From an uncultured Rhizobiaceae bacterium (GTDB lineage Bacteria > Pseudomonadota > Alphaproteobacteria > UBA7879 > VGCX01), in assembly GCA_964350815.1 (NCBI GenBank), contig CAYGKW010000001.1, forward strand, positions 92,120 to 156,119: a stretch of DNA of 64,000 bases. Direction: 5' to 3'. The notes under the pieces were generated by a model. It was not told the DNA's origin and made no database searches. It saw only the letters and a list, made by a program, of their open reading frames with translations. Shown one piece after another: positions 49,802-60,743 of the stretch. A program made the position numbers and the translations under genes. Positions within the stretch are counted from its first letter, which is position 1. Each line of letters starts with the position of its first letter.

Positions 49802-50323
49802 TCACCTGCCAATTATATTGGTCGATGAAAAACCTTTGATACGATCCACCACCACTTTCAAATCCGCCCCAACAAGGTTGGCTTGTTTTAATTTATTCTG
49901 TTTTTGGGGATCATCTGCTGTGATCGCAATAACATTTGGGTGGCTGTCTTGAACCAATTGACTGTAATCTTTAAACCCCTTTAGTTTTGGCAGTAACAAA
50001 ACTTTGTCCACATATCGGATGGCCGCAAGATTCTGGGCCCGCTGTTGTTGATTATGAATAGGTGTGCGTTTTTTATACCTTGAAATACTTTCATCTGGTT
50101 CCAATGCCACAATTAAATAAGCACCCTCTAATTTAGCCTTTTCAAGAAATTGCATGTGTCCATAATGCAGTACATCAAAACATCCCCCGACCAGAACTAT
50201 CTTAGCTTTTTTAGGTGTATTTACTTTCTGCCCCAGTTGATAGTTTTCAATGACAGGATTTTTGTTCACATTTGAACAGCTTGATAAAAAACATAAACTG
50301 ACAATTACTATTTTTCTTAACAT
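49802..50323 (-). CDS. Cytidylyltransferase-fold nucleotidyltransferase resembling RfaE/HldE domain II (heptose-1-phosphate adenylyltransferase)
   Basis: HxGH motif in GGCFDVLHYGHMQFLEKAK. C-terminal KGFSSTNII, like the RfaE domain II 'STTNII'. The N-terminal 35 aa of the ORF look like a signal or lipobox and may be an over-extended start. Confidence 0.7.
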   Translation of the reverse strand: MLRKIVIVSLCFLSSCSNVNKNPVIENYQLGQKVNTPKKAKIVLVGGCFDVLHYGHMQFLEKAKLEGAYLIVALEPDESISRYKKRTPIHNQQQRAQNLAAIRYVDKVLLLPKLKGFKDYSQLVQDSHPNVIAITADDPQKQNKLKQANLVGADLKVVVDRIKGFSSTNIIGR

Positions 50324-50326
50324 TTT

Positions 50327-52159
50327 TTACCTTAAATGATCTAAAATTATATGGGCCATATCGCGGCTGATACCATCGACCTTCATAATATCTTTAACTG
50401 TTGATTCAGAAACATGGCGGGCCGATCCAAAATGTTGGAGCAAAGCTTTTTTGCGTTTTGGCCCCACCCCTGGGATGGCATCCAAAACAGACTTTTCAAT
50501 TTTTCGTTCCCGTTTGGCGCGGTGCGTCCCAATGGCAAAACGATGGGCTTCGTCCCGCAACCGTTGCAAATAATACATCAAAGGACTTTGAAAATCGATA
50601 CTAAATTCATTCCGCCCTGGCATAAAAAAACGTTCACGTCCCGCATTACGTTCAGGACCTTTTGCAATGGCCACCATAGGAATATGATCCAAACCTAAAG
50701 TATGCATAACTTTTTCCGAAACAGATAATTGGCCCTTGCCCCCATCCAAAATAATCAGATCTGGATGATTGTCTTTTTCTGCCCCTTTGAAACGCCGGGT
50801 TAAAACTTCTTCCATCATGGAATAATCATCCCCCCCATGACGCAAAGTTTCTTGCTTGGCATTTTTGATAATGAACTGGCGGTAAGATTTTTTATCAAAC
50901 CCTTCAGGCCCTGCCACAACCATGCAACCATAGGCATCAGCCCCTTGGATATGACTGTTATCATAAATTTCGATGCGTTCCGGCACCTTTTTCAAATCCA
51001 ATTCTTTTGCCAAAGATTCCAATATTTTTTTCTGGGAAGATTTTTGGGAAACTTTCATGGCAAGGGCTTCTTTTGCATTCCGTTCTGCCATTTCAATTAA
51101 GCGATAACGATCCCCCATTTTTGGATAAATAAATTTTACTTTGTGCTTGGCATGATCTTCCAGTGATTGATTGACCCATTCTTCTTCCATAATTTTTGTG
51201 TTCAATAAAATTTGGGGGGGCACTTCTTTGTTCAAATAAAATTGGGTCACAAAAGCAGCCATAATTTCTTTCAAAGATTGGTTCGCCCCATAATTTGGAA
51301 AGAAAGATCGGTTTCCATAATTACACCCGTTGCGGAAAAAGAAAACCTGTATGGCTGTCATTCCATGTTCTTGTACCCCTGCAACAATGTCTGCATTTTT
51401 CAAACTATCCAAATGAATTTCGTGGGTTTTTTGAACCGTTGTCAGTGCTTGGATTTGATCCCGCAAAACAGCTGCTTTTTCGTATTGCAATTCGCTGCTG
51501 GCTTGTTGCATTTGGCTGGCCAAAATATTTTGAATATCTTTTGTCCGTCCCATCAAAAAGTCGCGCGTCATTTTAACATTCATATCGTAATCATCTTCAG
51601 ATATTTTATTCACACAGGGGGCTGTACATCTTTTGATATGATACTGCAAACAAGGGCGACTACGATTACTATAAATTGTATCTTTACAAGTTCGCAGGCG
51701 AAAAACACGTGTTAAAATTTCCAAGGTTTGGTAAACCGCGCCAGGTGATGCAAAGGGGCCAAAATAATCGCCCTTTTTTTTCTTTGCCCCACGGTGAATC
51801 ATAACTTTGGGGGGTAGATCATCTTTTGTTAATAAAATATAAGGATATGATTTATCATCTTTCAGCAATACATTAAACCGCGGCATAATGCTTTTTATTA
51901 AATTTGCTTCAAGTAGTAACGCTTCGGATTCTGTTTGGGTAAGGGCAAATTCCATTTTATGTGTTAAGGAAACCATACGCTGAATACGTACAGTTAAACG
52001 ATTTAATTGGGTGTAATTGGATACGCGTCTTTTTAAATTTTTGGCTTTACCCACATATAAAACTTCGCCTTCTTCATTTAGCATACGATAAACCCCTGGC
52101 TTTTCAGCCAAGGTTTTCACATAAGATTTTATAACTTGTACGCCTGATATTTTGTTCAT
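50327..52159 (-). CDS. uvrC: Excinuclease ABC subunit C
   Basis: GIY-YIG N-terminus (GVYRMLNEEGEVLYVGKAKNLKRRVSNY). UvrBC-interaction and RNaseH-like endonuclease domains. C-terminal (HhH)2. Confidence 0.9.
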   Translation of the reverse strand: MNKISGVQVIKSYVKTLAEKPGVYRMLNEEGEVLYVGKAKNLKRRVSNYTQLNRLTVRIQRMVSLTHKMEFALTQTESEALLLEANLIKSIMPRFNVLLKDDKSYPYILLTKDDLPPKVMIHRGAKKKKGDYFGPFASPGAVYQTLEILTRVFRLRTCKDTIYSNRSRPCLQYHIKRCTAPCVNKISEDDYDMNVKMTRDFLMGRTKDIQNILASQMQQASSELQYEKAAVLRDQIQALTTVQKTHEIHLDSLKNADIVAGVQEHGMTAIQVFFFRNGCNYGNRSFFPNYGANQSLKEIMAAFVTQFYLNKEVPPQILLNTKIMEEEWVNQSLEDHAKHKVKFIYPKMGDRYRLIEMAERNAKEALAMKVSQKSSQKKILESLAKELDLKKVPERIEIYDNSHIQGADAYGCMVVAGPEGFDKKSYRQFIIKNAKQETLRHGGDDYSMMEEVLTRRFKGAEKDNHPDLIILDGGKGQLSVSEKVMHTLGLDHIPMVAIAKGPERNAGRERFFMPGRNEFSIDFQSPLMYYLQRLRDEAHRFAIGTHRAKRERKIEKSVLDAIPGVGPKRKKALLQHFGSARHVSESTVKDIMKVDGISRDMAHIILDHLR

Positions 52160-53040
52160 TTATTGGATATTAAATTTGCACGTTTTTTTCTATAGGTTAC
52201 CACCTGCAAATATAATAAACCGGAAAGAATAAGTACAGACCCAATAATTGACTGCAGCGATAATATTTCATGAAATATAAGCCATGATCCTATGATACCA
52301 ATGATCGGAGAAAGCAAAGCAAAGGGGGCCACCAACGCTGGCTCATTTTCACGCAATAAATGACACCATATCCAAAGGGCCCCGATTCCACTGATAATAG
52401 CCAGAAAAAAGATAATTGAAGTTCCTTGAATTGTAAGGTTTTGAAGTGCGAATATCATTGCATCATGTTCGGTAAAATAAGAAAAAAGAAATAAAGGTAA
52501 AGGCGGAATTAAACTGACCCATACCACCAAAGATAATGCATTGCCTTCATTATAATAATTCATTTGAACATTGTTTATGCCCCACAAAAAAGCAGCAATC
52601 AAAAGTAAAATAAATCCAATCATTCCGCCACTTTCAACCCCAATAGCAGAACCTATAACAACAACACCGGAAAAGGCCAGAACCATACTTAAAATTTGTT
52701 GAAAGTTCATTTTATGATGCAATACAACGATTGATAGCAAGGCTGTAAAAAAGACCTGACTTTCCATTAAAATGGATGTCATCCCGGCCCCAACATTTTT
52801 TTGCAAAGCCAACATAAAAGCAATGGTATGAATGGTTAAAACCATACCGATTATAAAAATGTGTTTAAAAGGAATTTGGGGACGTTTGAAAATAAAAATA
52901 AAGGGAATAGAGGCAAATAAAAAACGAAACCCACCAATCATCATAGGGGGGAAATGATCAAGACCAAGTTTACAAATAACTGGAAAGAATCCCCAGATTG
53001 ATACAGCAAGCATTGCCAGTAAAGTATGTTTTGCAGACAT
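52156..53040 (-). CDS. EamA-family (DMT superfamily) transporter
   Basis: Ten TM helices in two EamA repeats, 294 aa. Confidence 0.75.
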   Translation of the reverse strand: MSAKHTLLAMLAVSIWGFFPVICKLGLDHFPPMMIGGFRFLFASIPFIFIFKRPQIPFKHIFIIGMVLTIHTIAFMLALQKNVGAGMTSILMESQVFFTALLSIVVLHHKMNFQQILSMVLAFSGVVVIGSAIGVESGGMIGFILLLIAAFLWGINNVQMNYYNEGNALSLVVWVSLIPPLPLFLFSYFTEHDAMIFALQNLTIQGTSIIFFLAIISGIGALWIWCHLLRENEPALVAPFALLSPIIGIIGSWLIFHEILSLQSIIGSVLILSGLLYLQVVTYRKKRANLISNK

Positions 53041-53104
53041 GCTGCCAGCCTCCCAATTTTTATTTAGGATATCAAAATTACAAACAAAATCAATTTAGAA
53101 AAAT

Positions 53105-54478
53105 TTAAATCAATAAAGTGGCAAGACCAAGGAAAGAGGCAAACCCAATAACATCCGTTGTTGCTGTCAACAGGGGGCCAGAACTTACCGCTGGATCAAA
53201 CCCCAATTTTTCAACTAAGTAGGGAATCATCACACCTGCAAGTGATGCCCAGCACATATTGAAAATTAAAGAAATCGGAATAATGATCGCGATCGAAGGT
53301 TCTTTAAACCAAAAGATTACAATTAATACCAATATCATTGAGAAAACTAAAGCATTCATAAATCCAACCAAAGATTCTTTTATAATTGGTTTCCAGGGGG
53401 TTGTTCCGCCTAAAATTCGGGACGCAATTGCCCGAACAGAAACTGCAACAACTTGCATTCCATTTGCCCCACCCATGGCGGCAACAATGGTCATCAAAGC
53501 GGCCAAAGACCCCTTGCTTTCAATTGTTGCATGATAATGATCGATCACAACAGCCCCTAGCAATGCATTAACCATTGTTACAATAAGCCAACCAACGCGG
53601 CGGGAAGATGTAATATAAAAAGGCGCGTTATAGTCTGTTTCACTTACCCCGGCCATTTGCAAAATATCACGTTCGGCTTCTTCTTCGATAACATCCACAA
53701 CATCGTCCCCTGTAATCATCCCGATGACGCGTCCAGATTCATCAACAACGGGGGCTGAAATTAAATCATAGTGCTGGAATATTTGGGCAACTTCTTCTTG
53801 ATCCATGTTTGCAGGAATGGATCTGAATTCTTCTTTCATAATATCAGAAACTTTTGATTCTGCAGGGTTTTTTAAAATTGTACTGTTGAAAATGACCCCA
53901 ACAACCATATGCTTTGGATCGACAACATATATTTCATAAAACTGTTCTGGCACATCCCTGCTTTTCTGGATATATTTCCAAACATCTTTGATTTTCCAAA
54001 ACGAAGGAACTGCAACAAATTCTTGTTGCATCATACGCGCAGCAGAATCTTCTGGATACGAGGCTAGTTTTTCATAAGTGGCCCTTTGGCTTGCAGAAAT
54101 TTTTCCAAGAATTTCATCTTGTTCTTCTTGAGGAAGTTCATCAATCAAACGAAAGGCGTCATCACTATCCATTTCTGACAAGTGCTTGGCAACTTCTGCT
54201 GTACCCAAAATCTCAACAACTTCATGTTGAACATGATCAGATAGTTCAAGCAAAGCATCATAATTAAAATAAAATTTAATTATATTTATAAAAGTTTCAC
54301 GCTGATGGGCATTTAAATTTTCGATAAGCAGGGCAAGGTCAGCATATTCAAGTGATTTAATGTGTTCTTCAAAATCAGTTGTAATATTGCCGTCAATGGC
54401 ATCTTTAACCAAGGACATTAATTCTTGGTTAACAATGCTGATTTCATTTTCATTATTTTGGGGCGTATTCGCTTTCAT
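53105..54478 (-). CDS. mgtE: Magnesium transporter MgtE
   Basis: MgtE N-domain, tandem CBS domains (SDIMKEEFRSIP...DESGRVIGMITGDDVVDV), and C-terminal five-TM MgtE channel with PLLTATTDVIGF. Confidence 0.9.
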   Translation of the reverse strand: MKANTPQNNENEISIVNQELMSLVKDAIDGNITTDFEEHIKSLEYADLALLIENLNAHQRETFINIIKFYFNYDALLELSDHVQHEVVEILGTAEVAKHLSEMDSDDAFRLIDELPQEEQDEILGKISASQRATYEKLASYPEDSAARMMQQEFVAVPSFWKIKDVWKYIQKSRDVPEQFYEIYVVDPKHMVVGVIFNSTILKNPAESKVSDIMKEEFRSIPANMDQEEVAQIFQHYDLISAPVVDESGRVIGMITGDDVVDVIEEEAERDILQMAGVSETDYNAPFYITSSRRVGWLIVTMVNALLGAVVIDHYHATIESKGSLAALMTIVAAMGGANGMQVVAVSVRAIASRILGGTTPWKPIIKESLVGFMNALVFSMILVLIVIFWFKEPSIAIIIPISLIFNMCWASLAGVMIPYLVEKLGFDPAVSSGPLLTATTDVIGFASFLGLATLLI

Positions 54479-54511
54479 TTAATAATGACCTTTCCTCGCA
54501 TTGTTATAAGT

Positions 54512-54598
54512 TGGTGCGGTCGAGAAGACTCGAACTTCCACGGAGTCGCCTCCACAGCGACCTCAACGCTGCGCGTCTACCAATTCCGCCACGACCGC
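54512..54598 (-). tRNA. tRNA-Leu (GAG), class II with a long variable arm
   Basis: GCGGTCGTGGCGGAATTGGTAGACGCGCAGCGTTGAGGTCGCTGTGGAGGCGACTCCGTGGAAGTTCGAGTCTTCTCGACCGCACCA. Anticodon loop UUGAGGU. Acceptor GCGGTCG/CGACCGC. CCA encoded. Confidence 0.85.
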
Positions 54599-54678
54599 AT
54601 GCCAGAATTATGGCACAGTCCTATCTGAGGAATAACAGAACCACACCCTTAAATCAAGATAGATTCGTCTAATCTATT

Positions 54679-55695
54679 TTAGATCCAGTGCAATGATTTT
54701 AATTTTTGAAAAACATCTGAAACAGGAATATCTTGCACATTGTTTGGAGGGGACTGAACTTCGTCAGAATCTGCCAAGCGCAAGCCTTCAACTTCTGCAT
54801 AATTATGGATAGGCACCTGTGCTTTACCAAGTAAAGTAAGACCATGACTTCCCACCATTGGTGCCGCATGCAAGATACCTGTATCATTTCCAACGATAAA
54901 CTTGCACTGCTGGATCAAAGCAAGACTTTGTTGAATACTTAGATTTGTTACCTTAACTGGATCATATCCTTTTTTAAACATTTCATCATAAATTAGCTGA
55001 GCTTCCTTCGTTTCTGAAGGCCCACCCATTATAAATATTTTGCCCCCTGTTTCAGCCCTAATCCTAGCACCTAGATCTGCAAAATTCTGCCAGTGCCATT
55101 TTTTGTGAGCCTCGCTTGAAGAAATTCCCAAAGCAATCCAAGGACGCTGAAACTTTCCAAATTCTTTTGTTATAAAAGCCTTTGTAGATGGCGCAATAAT
55201 ACAGGGCGACAAATCGTTCCCTAACGATAAACCCTGGTATTTTAATAAAAGACCTGCACGCTTAATTGGGTGCTGTTGCTGCTCTGATTCAGATAAAGAA
55301 TATTTATTTGTAATAAAATGTTTTTGAAACCCATGGCCCTGGGCAATAATATTTTTTACCCCTGCCAATTTACAGGCTAATACATATCTTAGGCTACGGC
55401 TATGTAAAATCCATACGGTATCATACTTACCTTTACGAATTAAATTGGCCAGACTAAATGTGCCAAAAAACCCATCATGACGCCCTGGTTTTACATCCAA
55501 CCACAACACTTCTTCAATGGCAGGATCCGCTTGAAGTATTTTATCTGCCATTGATCTTGGGCGGGTTAACACAGAAATTTTTTTGGATTTTGCTTGCTGG
55601 GCAATGGCATGCATATGACGAACAAACCACATGGTATCCCCAATGCCCTGTAAGTTTTGAATGACGAGTGTTTTTCCATATTTCATTATGGCCAT
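54679..55695 (-). CDS. Glycosyltransferase family 9 (ADP-heptose:LPS heptosyltransferase-like)
   Basis: 338 aa. GT-B fold with a GT9-like C-terminal region ([24 protein letters not shown]). Confidence 0.75.
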   Translation of the reverse strand: MAIMKYGKTLVIQNLQGIGDTMWFVRHMHAIAQQAKSKKISVLTRPRSMADKILQADPAIEEVLWLDVKPGRHDGFFGTFSLANLIRKGKYDTVWILHSRSLRYVLACKLAGVKNIIAQGHGFQKHFITNKYSLSESEQQQHPIKRAGLLLKYQGLSLGNDLSPCIIAPSTKAFITKEFGKFQRPWIALGISSSEAHKKWHWQNFADLGARIRAETGGKIFIMGGPSETKEAQLIYDEMFKKGYDPVKVTNLSIQQSLALIQQCKFIVGNDTGILHAAPMVGSHGLTLLGKAQVPIHNYAEVEGLRLADSDEVQSPPNNVQDIPVSDVFQKLKSLHWI

Positions 55696-56543
55696 TTAAC
55701 CTCTGGGGGTAGCGACATTAAAATTGCTTCCACATTGCCGTCTGTTTTTAAACCAAACTCAGTTCCTCTATCATATAGCAAATTGAATTCAACGTAACGT
55801 CCCCGACGAATCAGCTGATGATCGCGCTGTTCTGGTGTCCAAGCTTGATTCATATGTTTTCGAACAATTTTTGGATATACCTCCAAGAAAGCTTTGCCTA
55901 CATCTTGTGTGAAAGAAAAGTCATTTTCCCAGTTTTCTGTATTGTGATAATCATAAAAAATACCCCCTATACCGCGTGGTTCTTTTCGATGTTTTAAATA
56001 AAAATAATCATCACACCATTTTTTATATTTGGCATAGTATTCGGGATCATATTTATCACAGGCTTTTTTAAATGCTGCATGAAAATTTTGGGCATCAGAA
56101 TCATTTTGATACATCGGTGTCAAATCAGCCCCACCCCCAAACCAAGACTTGCTGGTTACAATATGGCGGGTGTTCATATGAACAGCTGGAACCAAAGGGG
56201 ATTGCATGTGGGCCACCAAAGAAATACCTGCAGCCCAGAAATTAGGGTTTTCATCTGCGCCAGGAATTTTTGCAGCAAATTCTTCAGAAAACACCCCTTC
56301 AACAACTGAAATATTCACCCCAACTTTTTCAAAAACACGGCCATGCATTTGACCCATGGTGCCGCCACCCCCTCCATCACGTTGCCAATCTTTGTATTTA
56401 AATTTTCCAGGGGGTTTATCTTTTAAGTGACCAGCATAATCTGTTTCAATAGATTCAAATGCAGCACATATTTGTTCACGCAAAGATTTAAACCAATCTG
56501 CTGCTTTCTGTTTTTGATCTGTTGTGGATGGTTTATTCACCAT
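55686..56543 (-). CDS. hemF: Oxygen-dependent coproporphyrinogen-III oxidase
   Basis: HemF signatures [10 protein letters not shown] and [21 protein letters not shown]. The start is taken at MVNKPST so that it does not overlap trmL. Confidence 0.85.
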   Translation of the reverse strand: MVNKPSTTDQKQKAADWFKSLREQICAAFESIETDYAGHLKDKPPGKFKYKDWQRDGGGGGTMGQMHGRVFEKVGVNISVVEGVFSEEFAAKIPGADENPNFWAAGISLVAHMQSPLVPAVHMNTRHIVTSKSWFGGGADLTPMYQNDSDAQNFHAAFKKACDKYDPEYYAKYKKWCDDYFYLKHRKEPRGIGGIFYDYHNTENWENDFSFTQDVGKAFLEVYPKIVRKHMNQAWTPEQRDHQLIRRGRYVEFNLLYDRGTEFGLKTDGNVEAILMSLPPEVKWP

Positions 56544-56550
56544 ACCGTCC

Positions 56551-56997
56551 TTAAAGTTTAAAATTGTTTTGACGAAGGGCTTCACTAAGAACAATAGCCG
56601 AAGAAATTGCAACATTCAAGGATCTGAATCCATTCTGCATAGGAATACAGACCAAATCTGATACTTCTTTTTTAACAGAGTCAGGAACACCACAGCTTTC
56701 TTGACCCAAAACCAAGATATCATCTGGTTGATAGGTAAAATCTGTATACGTTTGTGATGCGGACGTATCTAATAAAATCAAGCGCCCAGGTTTTGTATCA
56801 AGATATACTTGCCAAGATTCATGAATTTTAAAGTCGACTTTATCCATATAATCCATCCCGGCGCGTCGTAACTTTCGATCACTTACCACAAAGCCACAGG
56901 GTTCAATAATATCCACCCCAACACCAAAACAAGCCGCCATACGCAACATCGTACCTGTGTTCTGTGGAATTTCTGGTTGGTAAAGACACAAACGCAT
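56551..56997 (-). CDS. trmL: tRNA (cytidine/uridine-2'-O)-methyltransferase TrmL (SpoU/TrmH family)
   Basis: 148 aa. SPOUT motifs [16 protein letters not shown] and [12 protein letters not shown]...[20 protein letters not shown]. Confidence 0.8.
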   Translation of the reverse strand: MRLCLYQPEIPQNTGTMLRMAACFGVGVDIIEPCGFVVSDRKLRRAGMDYMDKVDFKIHESWQVYLDTKPGRLILLDTSASQTYTDFTYQPDDILVLGQESCGVPDSVKKEVSDLVCIPMQNGFRSLNVAISSAIVLSEALRQNNFKL

Positions 56998-56999
56998 AA

Positions 57000-57551
57000 T
57001 TATCTGATCGACATATGCTTAAAGCCAGCTTTAAAGTATTGATAGCCAGTTATAACTGTTAATAAGGAAGCTGTCCAAAGACAAATGATTCCAACTTCGT
57101 GGAAGCCCCAAATTAAGTCTTTTGCATCATCTAACAACAAAAAACTTAAAGCAACCATTTGAAGACCTGTTTTCCATTTTGCCAGGGGGGTAACTGGCAT
57201 CGGGATATTTGATTCCGATAAAAATTCTCTAAGCCCCGAAACAATAAATTCACGGCCAATAATGATAATTGCCGGTATTAAAGAAAATCCAACCAAACGA
57301 TCTGTGCCAGCCAACATAATGAAGGTAGTTACAATTAAAATTTTATCTGCAACTGGATCCAAAAAACGGCCAAAAGAGGATTCTTGGTTTTTTTTGCGGG
57401 CAACCAAACCATCCACATAATCTGTAAAGCAAGCATAAAGATAGAGCATAACAGCCAGCCAATTTGCCCATTGCTTTTCGATATAAAAAAGCCCTACAAA
57501 GGGAATAAGTATTAAAATTCTTGTGATTGTAAGTGTGTTTGCCGTGTTCAT
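57000..57551 (-). CDS. pgsA: CDP-diacylglycerol--glycerol-3-phosphate 3-phosphatidyltransferase
   Basis: CDP-alcohol phosphatidyltransferase motif DYVDGLVARKKNQESSFGRFLDPVADK. Confidence 0.8.
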   Translation of the reverse strand: MNTANTLTITRILILIPFVGLFYIEKQWANWLAVMLYLYACFTDYVDGLVARKKNQESSFGRFLDPVADKILIVTTFIMLAGTDRLVGFSLIPAIIIIGREFIVSGLREFLSESNIPMPVTPLAKWKTGLQMVALSFLLLDDAKDLIWGFHEVGIICLWTASLLTVITGYQYFKAGFKHMSIR

Positions 57552-57602
57552 AACCTGTTAGCCATTTTTAATAGTATTACCACACACTTTTTCAAATGCC
57601 AA

Positions 57603-58475
57603 TTAATTGGTTGGCAGTTGCCTCTTTTTCGGTTGGTATTGATTTAAAATCAACCCAAATATAACCAGCGCTGCCCCTAAGAAAACAGAAGGTTCACATT
57701 TTTCTTCTAAAGCAAAATATGAAATAACCATTGCTGATACAGGAACTAACAAAGAAAAAGGGGCCACAACCGAAGCTTGATATCGACGCAATAATCCGCC
57801 CCATAAAATATATCCCAATAAACCTGCCAATAAAGAAGCATAGAAAATTGAATAAATTGTATCCGTGCGAATATTTATTGTTGACGAAACCATTGTGGGC
57901 CATCCCTCAGTTAATAATGAAGCAATAAACAAAGGAATGGGTGCTGCAAGATGCATCCATATTGTTAAATGAATTGCATTAACCCCGCGTGCATCTGACA
58001 TTTTTATGTTGTAAATAGCCCAGGCAATGGCTGCAGCAAGAACAAGGAAAAAACCAATAATTGAAAAATAACAGCTTCCTGTTCCACTTATAAAGACTAC
58101 ACCCGCAAAAGATATCGTTACACCTATGATTTGTAAAATTCTGGGTTTTTCTTTTAGAAAAATAACGGCAAGCAAAAGTGTAAAAAAGACCTGGCTTTGC
58201 AAAATAATGGCGCTTAATCCAGCACCAAGGCCATAACGAATGGCGGCAATAACTAAAGGAATTTTGATCACGTACAACAAAACCCCCAAAAAGGTCAAAA
58301 GCTTCCATGAAATTTGTGGGCGAGGTACAAAAAAAGCAAGGGGAACAACCAGCATTGCCCTTAAAAACATATAATATATTGGGGGAAAGTCATGAACGCC
58401 TATCTTCATAACACTGAAATTTCCGCCCCAAATAACAGCAATTAATATGGCAACAAGTATGTGTCTTTTTTGCAT
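57603..58475 (-). CDS. EamA-family (DMT superfamily) transporter
   Basis: Ten TM helices, 290 aa. Paralogous in architecture to 52156..53040. Confidence 0.75.
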   Translation of the reverse strand: MQKRHILVAILIAVIWGGNFSVMKIGVHDFPPIYYMFLRAMLVVPLAFFVPRPQISWKLLTFLGVLLYVIKIPLVIAAIRYGLGAGLSAIILQSQVFFTLLLAVIFLKEKPRILQIIGVTISFAGVVFISGTGSCYFSIIGFFLVLAAAIAWAIYNIKMSDARGVNAIHLTIWMHLAAPIPLFIASLLTEGWPTMVSSTINIRTDTIYSIFYASLLAGLLGYILWGGLLRRYQASVVAPFSLLVPVSAMVISYFALEEKCEPSVFLGAALVIFGLILNQYQPKKRQLPTN

Positions 58476-58489
58476 TTTTTTATCCTACT

Positions 58490-59548
58490 TTAGACACTTA
58501 ACACTTCTTTAAAGAACCCTGCAACAATATTATCAGGGATATCTTCAATATTTTTATATTGCCAATTTGGATCCCCATCTTTATCAATAATTTTTGCACG
58601 GATGCCTTCAAAAAATTCAGAAGACCTTACAAAATTCTGACTTAAAATAAAATCAAGCTGGCTTAGGAAATCAAAATCTTTTTTAGATGCTAACTTTAAT
58701 AATTCAAAAGTTATTTTTAAGCTTAATGGGGAAACTTCTTCTAACCTATCTAAAACTTTATATGCCCATGTGTTTTTATGTAGTTGAAGTTCTGTTAAGA
58801 TATTCTGTAGGTTGGTTTGTGAAAAACATGAATCAATCAAATCTCTATTTTTTTGTAATTCAGAAAGCATTGGAATTTCACCGCCGGCAAACATATCCAA
58901 CAATTCAAAAATAATTTCTTCTGCGCGACCGGCCGTGTCAACTTTTACTAAAGCTTCTAAAAAAGTATCAAAATGTTCTTTGGGCATAAAGTGTGTTGCA
59001 ATTCCTGCATATACTGCATCAGCTGCATTCATGTACCAACCTGTCAAACCCAAAAACATCCCAAGGCTGCCAGGGGATCTGGAAAAAGCATAACTGCTGC
59101 CCACATCCGGAAAAAAACCAATGGCTGTTTCGGGCATCGCCAAACGAACATCTTCACAAACAATACGATGACTGCCGTGCATTGAAACACCCAAACCACC
59201 CCCCATGGCAATGCCATTTATCAGGGCTATATAAGGTTTTTTATAATGATGAATAATTCTGTTTAATTCATATTCTTCCCAGAAAAACTGGCGAAATTTT
59301 GGAAGTGCTTCTTTGTCTTCATGATCTTGGCGGTAATTATAAAGAGATTTGATATCTCCCCCTGCACAAAATGCTTTTTCATTATCACTTTTTATGACTA
59401 CTGCATCGATGCTGGAATCTTCTTCCCATTCTTTGATATAATGACGCAGCACCGTAAACATTTCATAATTGATGGCATTTAACGCCCCATCACGATCTAG
59501 GGTAATAATGCCAATTCGATTTTGGATATCAAATTTAACCAAGGACAT
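58490..59548 (-). CDS. Enoyl-CoA hydratase/isomerase-family protein (3-hydroxyisobutyryl-CoA hydrolase-like)
   Basis: Crotonase fold (FCAGGDIKSL, ALINGIAMGGGLGVSMHGSHRI) with the long C-terminal helical extension typical of HIBCH. Confidence 0.8.
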   Translation of the reverse strand: MSLVKFDIQNRIGIITLDRDGALNAINYEMFTVLRHYIKEWEEDSSIDAVVIKSDNEKAFCAGGDIKSLYNYRQDHEDKEALPKFRQFFWEEYELNRIIHHYKKPYIALINGIAMGGGLGVSMHGSHRIVCEDVRLAMPETAIGFFPDVGSSYAFSRSPGSLGMFLGLTGWYMNAADAVYAGIATHFMPKEHFDTFLEALVKVDTAGRAEEIIFELLDMFAGGEIPMLSELQKNRDLIDSCFSQTNLQNILTELQLHKNTWAYKVLDRLEEVSPLSLKITFELLKLASKKDFDFLSQLDFILSQNFVRSSEFFEGIRAKIIDKDGDPNWQYKNIEDIPDNIVAGFFKEVLSV

Positions 59549-59551
59549 ATA

Positions 59552-59818
59552 TTAATCCTTTGGCCATTTATGTTCATTCAAAGGCTTCCATCCAAAGTTT
59601 TCAAGAACACTTGGGTTATCGTCTTTTTCCCCTTCAGGCATAAGACGGCGCAAAGAACATCTGTTATTGCCCCACACACACGGCGTTCCAGGGGATTCAC
59701 AAAGAAATTTTGTGCGCCTTTGTTGACACCCTGCTTCTGCATGAAAACTAAAAAGTATAGCGACTAAAAGTAGACAAGCTTTGGTGCAAAAGTTATTAAA
59801 AATATATTGTTTTTTCAC
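59552..59818 (-). CDS. Small Cys-rich secreted protein (88 aa), hypothetical
   Basis: Signal peptide (CLLLVAILFSFHAEA). Six Cys in the mature part. Confidence 0.35.
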   Translation of the reverse strand: MKKQYIFNNFCTKACLLLVAILFSFHAEAGCQQRRTKFLCESPGTPCVWGNNRCSLRRLMPEGEKDDNPSVLENFGWKPLNEHKWPKD

Positions 59819-60414
59819 TAAAAAGGCCTCCGGGCTGATAAGGCTGCTGATATTGTTCCGTCATCAAGATAATCCAATTCTCCTCCAACGGGAACACCAT
59901 GGGCTAAACGCGTTACAGTGATATCGTAACCTGATAATTTTTCCAGCAAATAATGGGCCGTTGTCTGGCCTTCCAAAGTTGCATTCAACGCAATAATGAT
60001 TTCCTTTATATCGTCATTTTTGACACGATTTTGGAGTTTTGATATGGTCAAGTCATCCGGGCCAACACCGTCAAGAGCTGATAAAACACCGCCTAAGACG
60101 TGATAGTGCCCTCGGTAAGAGTTAGATCTTTCCATCGCCCATAAATCATCAACCCCTTCAACCACACAAAGAATTGTTGTATCCCTTTTTGAATCCATGC
60201 AGACACTACAATTATCTCCAGCCGAATCTAAATTGCCACATTTTACACAAGGTTGAACTTTATCCCCCACTTCTTGTAATGCCGCAAGCAAAGGATCCAT
60301 TATAGAGGTTTTTTTCTTAATAAGATGCAAAGCCATGCGTCGTCCTGATCTTGGCCCAAGACCTGGCAACTTTGAAAGCAGCTTAATAAGGCGATCTATT
60401 TCTTGGCTAATCAT
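59818..60414 (-). CDS. recR: Recombination protein RecR
   Basis: HhH N-terminus, C4 zinc finger [19 protein letters not shown], and Toprim domain. Confidence 0.9.
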   Translation of the reverse strand: MISQEIDRLIKLLSKLPGLGPRSGRRMALHLIKKKTSIMDPLLAALQEVGDKVQPCVKCGNLDSAGDNCSVCMDSKRDTTILCVVEGVDDLWAMERSNSYRGHYHVLGGVLSALDGVGPDDLTISKLQNRVKNDDIKEIIIALNATLEGQTTAHYLLEKLSGYDITVTRLAHGVPVGGELDYLDDGTISAALSARRPF

Positions 60415-60419
60415 GATAT

Positions 60420-60734
60420 TTAAAATAATCCGGGTGGTAATCCCATACCACCTGTCATTGCCTTCATTTGATCTTGGGTTTGGGCTTCCACTTTTTGTTT
60501 GGCATCATTGTATGCTGCAACGATCAAATCTTCTAGAACCTCTGTATCTTCAGGATCAACTGTGGCTGAATCTAATTTCAAGCCAACCAAATCACCTTTA
60601 CCATTTAAAGTTACCTTGACCATCCCTGCACCTGATGTGCCTTCAATCCTAAGTTCTGCCAGCTTTTCTTGCATTTCGGCCATTTTGGCTTGCATTTGCT
60701 GGGCTTGCTTCATTATGTTTCCAAAACCTTTCAT
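60420..60734 (-). CDS. ybaB: Nucleoid-associated protein YbaB/EbfC
   Basis: 104 aa. [49 protein letters not shown] is typical of YbaB. Lies between dnaX and recR. Confidence 0.85.
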   Translation of the reverse strand: MKGFGNIMKQAQQMQAKMAEMQEKLAELRIEGTSGAGMVKVTLNGKGDLVGLKLDSATVDPEDTEVLEDLIVAAYNDAKQKVEAQTQDQMKAMTGGMGLPPGLF

Positions 60735-60743
60735 ATTTTTCTC

